A DNA stretch of 64,000 nt from an uncultured Candidatus Peribacteria bacterium (GCA_964404065.1 CAYOIP010000001.1:21721-85720); one strand, 5' to 3'; shown: positions 20,724 through 32,518, numbered from the stretch's first letter. Numbers and translations: made by a program. The notes: generated by a model from the letters alone, not told the origin.

Positions 20724-21716
20724 ATGAATACTTGAGATGTAAAAATTTATGAAACTACTGCTTGAAATATTGACGTTCAAGTTAATTTTAAAGAAGAAAC
20801 CGTTTGGCTGAATTCAGAACAAATAGCAACTATATTTTGAAGAGATAGATCTACTATTCAGAAACATATAAAAATGATTTATAAAAGATGAGAGTTAGAT
20901 GAAAAAACAACTTGTGCAAAAAATGCACAAGTTCGAATTGAATGATGAAGAAAAGTAAAAAGAGAGAAAAATTTATACAATTTTGACTTAATTTTAGCTG
21001 TTTGATATATAACTAACTCTACTGAAGCAATTAATTTTCGTAGATGGGTGAGTAATATATTAAAACAATATTTATTAAATTGATACGCTATCAATCAAAA
21101 AAGACTTCAAGAAAAATGATACAAAGAACTAGAAAATACTCTGGCTTTAGTGAAAAAAGCTATTTCTTCATGAGATATATGAAAAGATGAAGCTTTGTGA
21201 CTTTTAGATATTATTACAAAATATACTAATACTTGGCTATTACTTCAAAAATATGATGAAGATACTTTATCAGAAACAGGGAAAACAAAAGAAATTTATT
21301 ATAAACTACAAGCTAAAGAAGCATTGGAAAGTCTTGTAGAACTAAAAAAAGACTTGATAAAAAATTCACGCGCTACAGATTTATTTGCAAATGAAAGACA
21401 AAATTGATGAATTGAATGAATTTTTTGAAATATATATCAAACTTTTGGATGAATTGAACTTTATGAAAGTATTGAAGAAAAAGCAGCAAATTTACTTTAT
21501 TTTATAGTAAAAGATCATCCTTTTAGTGATGGAAATAAAAGAAGCTGAGCATTTTTGTTTATACTTTTTTTAGCAAAAAACAAAATACTTTTTGATGAAA
21601 ATGGTGAAAGAAAGATAAATGACAGAGCATTAGTTGCGATAACATTACTTATTGCTGAATCAAATCCAAAAGATAAAGACATCATGGTAAAGCTTGTTTT
21701 AAATTTAATAAATTAA
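20724..21716 (+). CDS. RhuM-family N-terminal domain fused to a Fic/Doc domain
   Basis: 330 aa. KIYETTAGNIDVQVNFKEETVWLNSEQIATIFGRDRSTIQKHIKMIYKRGEL is RhuM-like. HPFSDGNKRSGAF is the Doc-type Fic motif. Confidence 0.75.
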
Positions 21717-21750
21717 AAAACATCTTTTAAAAACAAATACTTCTTAGTTT

Positions 21751-21834
21751 TTAACATAAATGTTAATTTTTTAACATAAAACGCTTAACAAAAAGATTTT
21801 GGCTTACTTAAAATCAGACTATGTTTTTTAACAT
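21751..21834. promoter_or_regulatory. palindromes upstream of nrdA: TTAACATAAATGTTAA (21751-21766), TTAACATAAAACGCTTAA (21771-21788), ATGTTTTTTAACAT (21821-21834)
   Basis: Repeated TTAACAT/ATGTTAA half-sites lie in the 240-bp nrd leader. Candidate repressor (NrdR-like?) boxes. Confidence 0.4.
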
Positions 21835-21956
21835 TTTATTAACAAAACTGTTCTATTTTTGTTAGCAAAAATTTCAAAAATTATTACATTGAATTAATAT
21901 TAAGAAATTAATAAGAACTATTAATTTTTTATTTTTTACTCTTAAAAATTGGCATT

Positions 21957-24569
21957 ATGAAAATAAAATTTATAAAAAATAGAGATGGGGATTTAATGAT
22001 TTTTGATAGAACTAGAATAGAAAGAGCTATTGAAAAAGCTGCTGAAGCGGCAAATCATAGTGATTTTTCTTTTATTGATCAAGTTGTTGATGAAATTATT
22101 GAGGGGTTAAAAGATATAGTTTTAGCTTGAGAAAATGAAAGAGTTTTAGAAATAGAAGAAATTCAAAACGTTGTAGAAAATAAACTTATGGAATTTGGTT
22201 ATTTTGATATAGCAAAAAAATACATCATTTATAGAGAAAAAAGAGCTTTTGAAAGAGATTTAAAGAAAAAAGAAGTTCTAGAAAAGTTGCTACAAAATAA
22301 ACTAGAGGTTACAAAATCAAATGGGGAAAAAGAAGTTTATGATGTAGAAAAAGTAAAAGAAACTTATAAAAGAGTTTCTTATGGATTGGCTAGAATTTGT
22401 AAATTTGAAGAATTAGAAAGTTCTTTAAATAAATATTTAGTTGATTGAATTAAAACAAAAGATATTTTAAAAATGATGATAAAATCATCTATTGACTTAA
22501 TCACTGTAGAAAATACTTCTTGGCAATATATTGCTTGAAGATTAACAACAATTGATTTGTATAAAGAAGCTTCAAATAACAGAAAAATAGATATTGAGGA
22601 TATCTATAAACCATCAACATATAAAGCACTTTTTGATGAATATATCAAAAATGGACTTTACTATAAAGATTTTTATAAATATTACTCGCAAGATGATATT
22701 TTAGAAGCATGAAAAAAACTAAAAAAAGACACTGATTTTACATACAATTATACAACACTTTTGATGTATAAAAAAAGATATCTTTTAAATCCAAATAAAG
22801 TTATAAAAGAACTCCCACAAGAAATGTATATGAGTGCTGCTTTATTTTTAGCAATTCCAGAGAAAAAAGAAGATAGACTTGAAACAGCTTTCAAAATATA
22901 TGAATACTGCTCAAAAGCAATGATTTCTCTTCCAACTCCAACATTACTTAATGCTAGAACAAATTTTCACCAATTATCAAGTTGTTTTGTTTTCAACGTA
23001 GAAGATGATTTAAGGGCTATTTATCATAATATAGAAAATATGGCTCAAGTATCAAAATTTGGTTGATGAATAGGAGTTTATTTATGAAACATCAGATCAA
23101 AATGATGAGCTATAAGATGAGTAAATTGAGTTGCTTGAGGTGTAAATCCTTGGATAAAAGTAATTAATGATACTGCGATTGCTGTAAATCAACTATGAGC
23201 GAGAGCTGGAAGTATAAGTGTAACTTTAGATATGTGGCATAGAGATATATATGACTTTTTAGATCTTCAAACTGAAACTTGAGACATCAGAAGAAAAGCA
23301 TTTGATGTATTTCCTGCAGTTTCTGTGCCAGATATGTTTATGGAAAGAGTGCAAAATAATGAAGATTGGACGCTGTTTGACCCAAAAGAAGTTAAAGATG
23401 TAACTTGAAAAGCTCTGCAAGACTTTTTTGGAAAAGATTTTGAGAAATTTTATATAGAATGTGAAAAAAATGAAAAATTAACTTTAAAAGAAAAAACAAA
23501 TGCAAAAGAATTATTTAAAAAATTCTTAAAATCAACTGTTGAAACAGGTATGCCTTACGTATTTTTTAGAGATACAGTAAATGAATTAAATCCAAATAAA
23601 CATGTTTGAAATATTTACTCAACTCAACTTTGTACAGAAATTTGTCAAAATACTTCTCCTTCAAAATTTGTAGAAGAAACTTTAGAAGATGGAGTAATTT
23701 CTATAAAATATACTCCCGGAGATAACGTAGTTTGTAATCTAACTTCTATAAATATTGCAAAAGTAAATGATGAAAAAACGATTGAAAAGGTTGTTCCAAT
23801 TGTTATGAAAATCCTTGATAATGTAATTGATTTGAATTTTTATCCAGTAAAAGAAACAGAAATTACAGCTAAAAAATATCGTTCAGTTTGAGTTTGATAT
23901 TTAGGACTAGCTGAATATTTAGCAGTAAATAAAATATCTTACGAATCAAAAGAAGCCAGAGAAATAGTTGATAAAATGATGGAAAAATTTGCTTATGAAG
24001 TATTTAAATCATCAAATGAATTAGCAAAACAAAGATGAAAATATCAAGTTTTTGATGGAAGTGAATATAGTAAGTGAGTTATTTTAGGTAAAGATGCAAA
24101 ATGGTTTAAAGATAATTCAAACATAAAAGATGATTGGTCAGAACTAATAAAAAATATTAAAAAAGACTGACTTAGATTTGCTTATCATATAGCTCCAGCT
24201 CCAAATACTTCAACAGCTTGAGTTGTTGGAACTACTGCAGCAATGCTCCCTATTTATAAAAAATACTTTGTTGAAACTAATTCTGTTGCTCCTTCTGTTG
24301 TTGTTGCTCCAAATCTAAATAGTGAAAATTTTTGGTATTATAAAGAATATGTAAATATGAATATGGCTGATGTAATTGATATGGTTTCAGTAATTTACAA
24401 ATGGGTTGATCAATCAATAAGTTTTGAATGGATTATAAATCCAGCAAAAGTTTCACCTCGCGAGCTATATGAATATTATATTAAAGCACATAAACAATGA
24501 ATAAAAACAGTTTATTATGTAAGAAGTATGAGTTTAGAAGTGAATGAATGTGTAAGCTGTAGTGGCTAG
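21957..24569 (+). CDS. nrdA: ribonucleotide reductase class I alpha subunit with an N-terminal ATP-cone
   Basis: 870 aa. ATP-cone [55 protein letters not shown] (Gly mostly TGA); QLCTEI; C-terminus ECVSCSG. Three ORF-track fragments share the frame. Confidence 0.95.
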
Positions 24570-24584
24570 TTTTCTATAAAAAAT

Positions 24585-24664
24585 CCCCCCACCTAGCCTC
24601 CCTCGCAAGCTGGGGAAGAACTAAAAAACCCCTCCCGGCTTGCGAGAGGGGGTAGGGGAGGGGC
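24585..24664. repeat. GC-rich palindromic element, double-arm copy E, in the nrdA-nrdB spacer
   Basis: ccccccacctagcctccctcgcaagctggggaag-aactaaaaaa-cccctcccggcttgcgagagggggtaggggaggggc. Confidence 0.9.
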
Positions 24665-24686
24665 TTTATTAATTAACAAAAAAAAT

Positions 24687-25730
24687 ATGACACACGAAAT
24701 GTTAGCAAATCCTATATTTAATCCAGCTGGAAACGATGATGTTGCAAAAAGAACAATTATAAAATGAAATACTACTGGGTTATTTCAATTAAATGCAGTT
24801 AAATATACTTGGGCAAAAAGTATGTATCAAGTAATGATTTGAAATTTTTGGGTTCCAGAAAAAGTTTCAGGACTTTGAGAAGATGCAGTTCAATTTAAAA
24901 ATGCATTAAGCGAAGATGAAAGAAGAGCTTATAAATGAATTTTATCATTTTTAATATTTCTTGATTCAATTCAAACTGTAAATCTTCCAAATTTTAATGA
25001 TTATATAACTGCTCCAGAAGTGAATTTGATTTTATCAATTCAAGCTTATCAAGAAGCAATTCACTCTCAATCTTATGCTACTATTTTGGAAACTGTAGTT
25101 GATAGCAAAGATAGAGATGGAATTTATTATTTTTGGAGAGAGGATAAAAATTTACTTGAAAGAAATACTTTTATTTGATGAATTTATCAAGATTTTATTA
25201 ATAATCCAACTGATGAAAATTTCTTTAGATGAATAATTGCAAACTTTTTACTTGAAAGTATTTATTTTTATAATTGATTTGCATTTTTTGATACACTTGC
25301 TGATCAAACAAAAATGGTTGCAACAGATAGAATGATAAATTATATCAGAAGAGATGAATTAACTCATGTAACAATATTTGCAAATATTATAAAAGAAATT
25401 AAAAAAGAATTTCCAGACGTTTATAATGAAAAAATGATAAATGATATGATGGCAGTAGCAGTTGATCAAGAAATAAAATGGTCAAAACATATTTTATGAA
25501 AAAATATAATTTGAATGAGTCATATAAATATAGAGAATTATACTAAACGGCTAGCTAATAACAGACTTAGTATGCTTTGAATAAATCCATTATATCCAGA
25601 TGTGATAACTAATCCTTATAAGCATCTTGATAGATTACAAGATAATAACTCAGAAAAATGAAATTTCTTTGAATCAACAGTTACAAATTATTCACAATCA
25701 AGTTCTATGAACTGAAGTTGGGAATTTTAA
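24687..25730 (+). CDS. nrdB: ribonucleotide reductase class I beta subunit
   Basis: 347 aa. Iron ligand motifs QEAIHSQSY and RDELTHV; C-terminus NGSWEF. Confidence 0.9.
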
Positions 25731-25750
25731 AAAAGTGTTTTTTCCCCTTT

Positions 25751-27043
25751 TTAAAAACAATGTTTAAGAAAATCATTTATAGCTGAAAAACCAATTCTAT
25801 GATTTATGTCTCATAAACAAAGATCTTTTAAAATTATTAGTTTATAAACAAAATCATGACTCAGACCATTATCTCTTCAATTCAATAATAAATCTTCAAT
25901 AAGATATCAAAATGCTCTCACATCAATTAATTCTTGTTTATTTCAATTTCTATTATTATAAAAACTTGCTGCTCAGAAATCTCATAATAAAGAGTTTCAG
26001 TTTTGATTTGATAGGATATTGTGCGCATATATATCTCAATGCATAATTCATCTACTATGTAGATGAGCACAAGCGTTTGATATATCTTTTAAAACTTGCA
26101 ATATAAATTCTTGGGAAAATTTTGTATTCTCATCAAAAGTATCTCTAGTACAACTTTCAAGAGAAGGAGGATTTCAAAGTTTTTTATATTCATGTCAAAC
26201 TAATCATAAAACCAATCATTTTTTTCATTCTATTAAGTCAGTTATATTACCTATAATTTTTATTAGATTATTATGGTTTCATGAAGCAATTGCTGATTTC
26301 ATATCATCTTCAGGATATCAATCACTTGTAAGTTCTCATTTGAATAATTTTACTGCGACTTCTTCTTGGGAAGATTTTATTCTTGCTTTATAAACTGAAC
26401 TTGATGGGCTTTCTCAAATTTTTTCTAAAATTTCAATATCATTTATAAATATATTTGGAATATCAGGAATAGTTTTTGTATTAAATGATCAAGGATTTCA
26501 TCAGTCAGAATACCAAGCAAGTTTTGGTAAATCAAAAATCCATTCAGGAAATATATCAAATTTTCAAGCTGATATTCTTAATAGTTCGATACTTGAACAT
26601 CATTGCAATTTATCATTTAAATCTCTCAATAAGGTTCATACTAATGCAAATTTTCTAAGATTTATAAAATTTTCTATATCATCTGGAATCTCTGTTATAG
26701 GAGTTCATGACATAACAATCCAATTAGAATTTGTTGGAAGAGTTCATTTCGGCCATCTTGCTAGACCTTTACATCATTTTAATGAAATTATTCTAGCTCA
26801 TTCTATATTTGAAAGCACTCAAGGAACTTCTTCAAATCATTGATTTTGAAAGAATAATGCTTTTAAGTCTTGAAAATGAGAAAAATTATCGGGTAGTTTA
26901 GTTAATCATCAATTATTTGCTTCAATTATTCTAACTGTATGATTTCTTGCAAAATCAATAGCATTTTCAGGAAATACACCACAAGGATGTATTATAAGTT
27001 TTTGATTTTTTGGATTATATTCAAATCATTTTGTGGAGTTCAT
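25751..27043 (-). CDS. leucine-rich-repeat + Ser/Thr protein kinase fusion
   Basis: 430 aa. N-terminal LRR-like units (LTKLPDNFSHFQDLKALFFQNQGFEEVPG...). Kinase VAVKLFK, HGDIYAHNIL catalytic loop, GDFGAA. Confidence 0.7.
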
Positions 27044-27069
27044 AATTTATTTTTTAAAATTAAGATGGG

Positions 27070-27097
27070 ATTATATAAAAAAGTATTAATAAGTCAA
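27070..27097 (-). promoter_or_regulatory. sigma70-type promoter TTGACT-16-TATAAT
   Basis: Minus strand ttgacttattaatacttttttatataatccc. It shares the block cttttttatataatccc with the tRNA promoter. Confidence 0.5.
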
Positions 27098-27250
27098 AGT
27101 TTCTTTTTTGTAAAAACTTTAAAAAACTCAAAAATAAATTTGCATTTTTTAAAAAATCGTTAAACTTGACAACTAGGGTTTTAATATTTCTAAATTCTAG
27201 TTTATCCAATTTTATTTTATTATACTACCTTATTTGTTAATATTTTTATT

Positions 27251-28822
27251 ATGAAAAATTTTTTAATATCATTAATATCTGTATTACTTATAACTTGATA
27301 TGCAAGCGCTGCTTCAAATAGTTTATTTGAACAAATTTTTGATGGAACTAGTACTATTGATATTCCATCTGTTGTTAATAAACCATCAAGTATTTCAAGT
27401 TATAGTGTAAAAGTTATTGATGCTAATTTTGAGCAAATCAAAAATAGTTTAGTTAAATATTCTATTTCTAAAAGAATAGATATATATGATACTGCTATTG
27501 TAAAACTTCAAAAATTAGCAAATTCAAGAACTGTTAAATCAGAAAAAGATGCTTTAAATTACCTTAAAGGGTTAGCAAAAAAAGAAAAAGAATCTTTAGA
27601 AAAAGATACTTGATTGCTTATAGATTTATTTTGAGCTGATACAAGCATTTGTAATACTGATTATATTTTACAAGACTGAGATTGTGTAAAAAAAGTTTCT
27701 AAAACATATTCTTACGATGATAGCCTACCAAATAAAAGTTGTTCAGTTAGCAATGGTTATGGAAAACAATATTGGTATTGAACTTATTGGTCAAGTTGTC
27801 AAGTAAAATGATGTAATAGTTGATATTATATCTCAAATAATAGATGTGTAAAATGAAGTTCTTCTTCTTCAAGATATTATTCTGATAATTGTTATAATGA
27901 TGATTGTTCTTTAAGAACTACTTCTTGTTCAGTATATCATTGAGATGGAAAACAAGTTCGGGACTGAACAAACTGGTCAAAATGTTACGTAACTTCATGT
28001 GATAGTTGATATTATTTATCAGGAAATAATTGTGTTAATAGGTATGATTATAGATATGATTATGGAAATTGTTATAATGATGATTGTTCTTTGAGAACTA
28101 CTTCTTGTTCAGTTTCACATTGAGATGGACAAAAAGTTTGGGATGGAAATTCTTGGTCAAAATGTTATGTAACTTCATGTGATAGTTGATATCGTCTTTC
28201 AAAAAATTCATGTGTAAGAGATAGTTATTATTATGATTACAATGGAGATTATTACTGTTATGATTGAAGATGTGATTATGAAGATAGTAGATATTGTTCA
28301 GTAAGCCATTGAAGTTGAAGACAGTATTATAACTGATATAATTGGACTATATGTAGAGTTACATCATGTGATAGTTGATATTATGTTTCATGAAATAGCT
28401 GTGCAAGAGGAAATTACTATTATAACAATGATTATTACTATTATGATGACTATTATTATAATCATGACAATAATTACTGTTATGATTGAAGATGTGACTA
28501 TGAAGATAGTAGATATTGTTCAGTAAGTAATTGAAGTGGAAGACAATTTTATAATGGAAATTCTTGGTCTATTTGTTATGTAAATTCTTGTAATAGTTGA
28601 TATTATGTATCAGGAAATAGTTGTGTAAAAGATTATAGTAATAATTGTAATGGTTCTTCAATGCACTACGAAAATGATTCATGTTATGAAAATAATAGAT
28701 CTTGTTATATAGCATATTGAGTTTGAGAAAGAACATGGAATTGATCAAATTGGTCAGATTGTAGAGTTGTATCTTGTAATAGTTGATATTATAGCACTTG
28801 ATATAGTTGTTTAAAAAATTAA
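27251..28822 (+). CDS. secreted Cys/Tyr-rich tandem-repeat protein (523 aa)
   Basis: Signal peptide MKNFLISLISVLLITGYASA. About 6 repeats of C-S-V-x-x-G-x-G-x-x-x-W/Y-x-G-x-x-W-S-x-C-x-V-x-S-C-D/N-S-G-Y-Y-x-S-G-N-x-C with Tyr-rich linkers. Every codon was checked. Confidence 0.75.
27890..28547 (+). repeat. near-identical intragenic tandem repeats (180-bp period at 27890/28070; 222-bp period at 28253/28475)
   Basis: tgttataatgatgattgttcttt[a/g]agaactacttcttgttcagt... occurs twice. tactgttatgattgaagatgtga[t/c]tatgaagatagtagatattgttcagtaag occurs twice. Confidence 0.85.
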
Positions 28823-28825
28823 AAA

Positions 28826-28856
28826 AAATCAGTTTCTTTCGAAACTGATTTTTTTA
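28826..28856 (+). terminator. intrinsic terminator
   Basis: atcagtttc-tttc-gaaactgat followed by T7. Confidence 0.7.
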
Positions 28857-28867
28857 ATATTTCATTA

Positions 28868-28946
28868 TGGAGCGAGGGACCAGGTTTGAACTGGCACACC
28901 CAAGGGTTGAAGCCTTAGTACACTCACTCTTTTATGTTACCCTCGC
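28868..28946 (-). tRNA. tRNA-Gly with anticodon UCA (reads UGA), CCA encoded
   Basis: GCGAGGG-TA-ACAT-AAAAGAGTGA-GTGT-A-CTAAGG-CT[TCA]AC-CCTTGG-GTGT-GCCAG-TTCAAAC-CTGGT-CCCTCGC-T-CCA. Cloverleaf with a 7-bp acceptor, a short variable loop, and the Gly identity set G1:C72, C2:G71, G3:C70, U73. Confidence 0.85.
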
Positions 28947-28966
28947 AAGTGAAAAATGTATGGGGA

Positions 28967-28994
28967 TTATATAAAAAAGTTTTTTTTTGTCAAA
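28967..28994 (-). promoter_or_regulatory. consensus sigma70 promoter TTGACA-16-TATAAT driving the tRNA
   Basis: Minus strand ttgacaaaaaaaaacttttttatataatcccc. The -10 box ends ~20 nt upstream of tRNA position 1. Confidence 0.6.
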
Positions 28995-29067
28995 ATTTTT
29001 TAAAAATATTTTTTACTTTTAGGTATTATCTCATATACTTCTAAACGTTATTTTTTAAAAATATTTT

Positions 29068-31131
29068 ATGTTAGAAACACCAAATTACGTTGAGATTATT
29101 TCAAGTGAGTTATGATTTAAAAATTTTCAAATTGAAGTTGTTTTATCTTTAGTAGGAGAATGAGCTACTGTTCCATTTATTGCACGTTATAGAAAAGAAA
29201 GGACTTGAAATCTTGATGAATGACAAATCAGAGATATTATAGAGTTACAAAAGAAACAAGAAAATTTATTTAATGCAAAAAATACAGCCATTAACTGAAT
29301 TACTGAAGTTTGAATGATGACGGATGAATTAATGGCAAATATTATAAACGCAAAAACTCTAAAAGAAGTAGAAGAAATTTATAAACCATATAAATCAAAG
29401 AAAAAAACAAAAGCAATGCTTGCAATAGAAAAAGGTTTTCAAGTTGTAGCAGATAGTATAAAATGAAATTATTTAGAAATTCCAGAAAATTTATTAAAAG
29501 ATTATTCTAAAGAAGAAATAATAGAATGAAGTTTAGAAATTATTTGAGCTGAGATTTCAGCAAATGGAGAATTAAGACATCTTTTAATAGAAGAACTTAA
29601 AAAATATTGAATGATTTCTTCAAATAAAAAATCAGACAAAATGCTTGAAAAACTAAACGAAAAAGATAAAGAACAAATTAAAAAATTTGAAATATATTTT
29701 GAAAATTCTCTAAAAATTAGCTATATAAAACCATATCAAATATTAGCATTAAATAGATGAGAAAATCTTTGAATTTTGACAGTTAAAATAGAAAAAGATG
29801 AAATAATTTTTGATAAAATTAAAAATAAATATGCAAGAATTTTAGAGTTGAGAGAGGAGTTTATAGATGAACTTGAAACAGCTTTTAAAATATGATACGA
29901 AGCACTTTTTTCTTCAGTAGAAAATGAAATTAGATCGCAGTTAAATGAAATTTGAGAAGATGATTCTATAAAAACTTTTCAAACAAATTTATCTGCTTTG
30001 CTTTTAACTGCACCAGAATATGGAAAAACTATTTTAGCAATAGACCCAGGGTATAGAGCATGATGTAAAATAGCAATTTTAGATAATTTATGAAATCCTC
30101 AAAAGTTTGATAAAATATTTTTACATGAAATATTAAATGCTCGCGCGAAACTTCAAGAAATATTTTCAAAAAATAAAATTGATACAGTTGTTATATGAAA
30201 TTGAACTGCATCTGACGAAACCCAAGCTTTAGTTTGAGAATTATTTTCTGGAGATATTTTTATTGTAAATGAATCATGAGCTTCAGTTTATTCGGCTTCA
30301 GAAATCGCAAAAGAAGAATTTCCTGATTTAGATAGTTTAGATAGATGAACAATTTCTATTTGAAGAAGATATATTGATCCACTTTCAGAACTTGTAAAAG
30401 TACCAGTTGGAAGTATATGAGTTGGTATGTATCAACACGATATGCCAGAGAAAAAACTTGAAGAAAAACTTTGATATGTAGTTGAAGATTCTGTAAATCA
30501 AGTTTGAATAAATGTAAATACAGCTTCAATTTATCTTTTAAATCATATTTCTGGAATTGATAAAAGACAAGCAAAAAAGATTTATGCTGGAAGACCATAT
30601 AAATCTAGAAAAGAACTTCAAAAAGTTTTGTGAGAAAAAGCTTATGAGCAAGCAATTTGATTTTTAAGAGTTCCAGAAAGTAAGGAAGTTCTTGATAATA
30701 CAGATATTCATCCAGATCAATACGATTTAGCAAAATATATTATAGAAAATAAAAAAACAAAAGTTGATGATGAAATGAAAAAAATATATGCTGAAGTAAA
30801 TTCTGATACAGTTGATTTTATAATTGAATCTTATAATAATATTTGAAAAGAAAAAAGAGTGAATTCTACTCACTCAAAAGCAAAGAAAGCTGTTAGTATA
30901 GAAAGTTTAAAAGTTTGAGATGTGCTTGATGGAGTTGTAAGAAATGTAGTTGCATTTTGAGCTTTTGTGGATGTTTGATTAAAAAATGATTGACTTGTTC
31001 ATATTTCAGAGTTAGCTGATAGTTTTGTAAAAAATCCTATGGATATAGTTCAAGTTTGAGATAAAGTAAAAGTAAGAGTTACAAATATAGATTTAGAGAA
31101 AAATAAGATTCAATTAAGTATGAAAAACTAA
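29068..31131 (+). CDS. tex: transcription accessory protein Tex (YqgF-like + S1 domains)
   Basis: 687 aa, every codon checked. GEGATVPFIARYRKERTGNLDE; ILAIDPGYRAGCKIAILD; S1 domain [31 protein letters not shown]. Confidence 0.9.
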
Positions 31132-31163
31132 AAAAATTGCAGAAATTTTTCTGCAATTTTTTT
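31132..31163. terminator. bidirectional terminator between tex and recA
   Basis: ttgcagaaa-tt-tttctgcaa flanked by A-run and T-run. Confidence 0.6.
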
Positions 31164-32145
31164 ATAAACTATTTTTTATAATTTCTTCTATTTCAGAAGC
31201 AATTTTTGGGTTTTCAATCAAAAATTGTTTGGCATTTTCTCTTCATTGTCATAATTTTGTTTCTCCAAACGAATAGAAAGCTCATGATTTTTTAATAACT
31301 TCTAATTCTGATCAAATATCAACTATTTCTCAAACTTTAGAAATTCATTCATTGTACATTACATCAAATTCAGCTTCTTTAAATGGAGGTGCAATTTTGT
31401 TTTTTACTACTTTTACTTTTGTTCTATTTCAAGTAGCTTCTTTATCTATTCAAACTCAATTTTCAATTTTATCTTTTTTTCTAACATCAAGTCTTTGAGA
31501 AGCATAAAATTTTAGTGCATTTCATCAAGTTGTAGTTTCAGGACTACCAAACATTACTCATATTTTCATTCTTATTTGGTTGATAAAAATTACACTACAT
31601 CAAGTTTTTGAAATAGGTCATGTAATTTTTCTTAAAGCTTGACTCATTAAACGAGCTTGCAATCACATATGACTATCTCACATTTCTCATTCTATTTCAG
31701 CTTTTGGAGTTAATGCAGCAACACTATCAACAACTATTAAATCAACAGCTCCAGAACGAACTAGAGCATCAACTATTTCTAAAGCTTGTTCTCCATAATC
31801 AGGTTGAGAAATAATTAAATTATCTATATCAACTCAGATTTTTTTAGCATATGCAGGATCTAGGGCATGCTCAGCATCAACAAATGCTGCAGTTCATCAA
31901 GATTTTTGCACTTCAGCTATAGCATGAAGTGTAAGAGTTGTTTTACCTGAAGATTCTGGTCAGTAAATCTCAATAATTCTTCATTTTGCATATCAACCTC
32001 AAAGTGCTATATCAAGTGAAAGTGATCAAGATGAAGTTGTTTCAACGTTCATACTTTCTTTATCTCAAAGTTTCATAACAGTTCATTTTCAAAATTGTTT
32101 TTCTATCATTGATAGTGCTTGTGCTAATGCTTCTTTTTTATCCAT
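31162..32145 (-). CDS. recA: recombinase RecA
   Basis: 327 aa. [81 protein letters not shown]. Confidence 0.97.
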
Positions 32146-32426
32146 TTGTATATAAATTAAATATTAAAAGTATATATAGAGTATTTATATTTTTTTATAA
32201 GTCAAAACTTTTTTATAAAAATCTTTTTGTTATTTTAGTTTTTATATATTTTATAGATTTATAATCTTGTTTCATTTTTTTGAACAATAAGTATTTAAGC
32301 CAAAAAAATTAAAAAATTTCTAAAAAAATCATAAATGTTAATAGATTGTTAAAAACTGATTTTTTTGCTCTCAAAATAAATAAATAAATTGTCTAGAGTT
32401 TTTTTAGAAATTGTAGTAACTTAGTA

Positions 32427-32454
32427 TTGACTTTATTTTAAAAAAGAGTAAATA
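32427..32454 (+). promoter_or_regulatory. candidate promoter TTGACT-16-TAAATA upstream of rsmH
   Basis: agtattgactttattttaaaaaagagtaaatatt. Confidence 0.35.
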
Positions 32455-32518
32455 TTATTCATCAAAAATAAGTAAAACAAAAACAAAAAAATCACTTATT
32501 AACATTTTTTTAACAAAA

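Noticed and set aside
28868-28946. The UCA-anticodon tRNA as tRNA-Sec.
   Set aside because: It has a 7-bp acceptor stem, a short 4-5 nt variable loop and Gly identity elements (G1-C72, C2-G71, G3-C70, U73). No selA/selB/SECIS context is present, and TGA is far too frequent in the genes.
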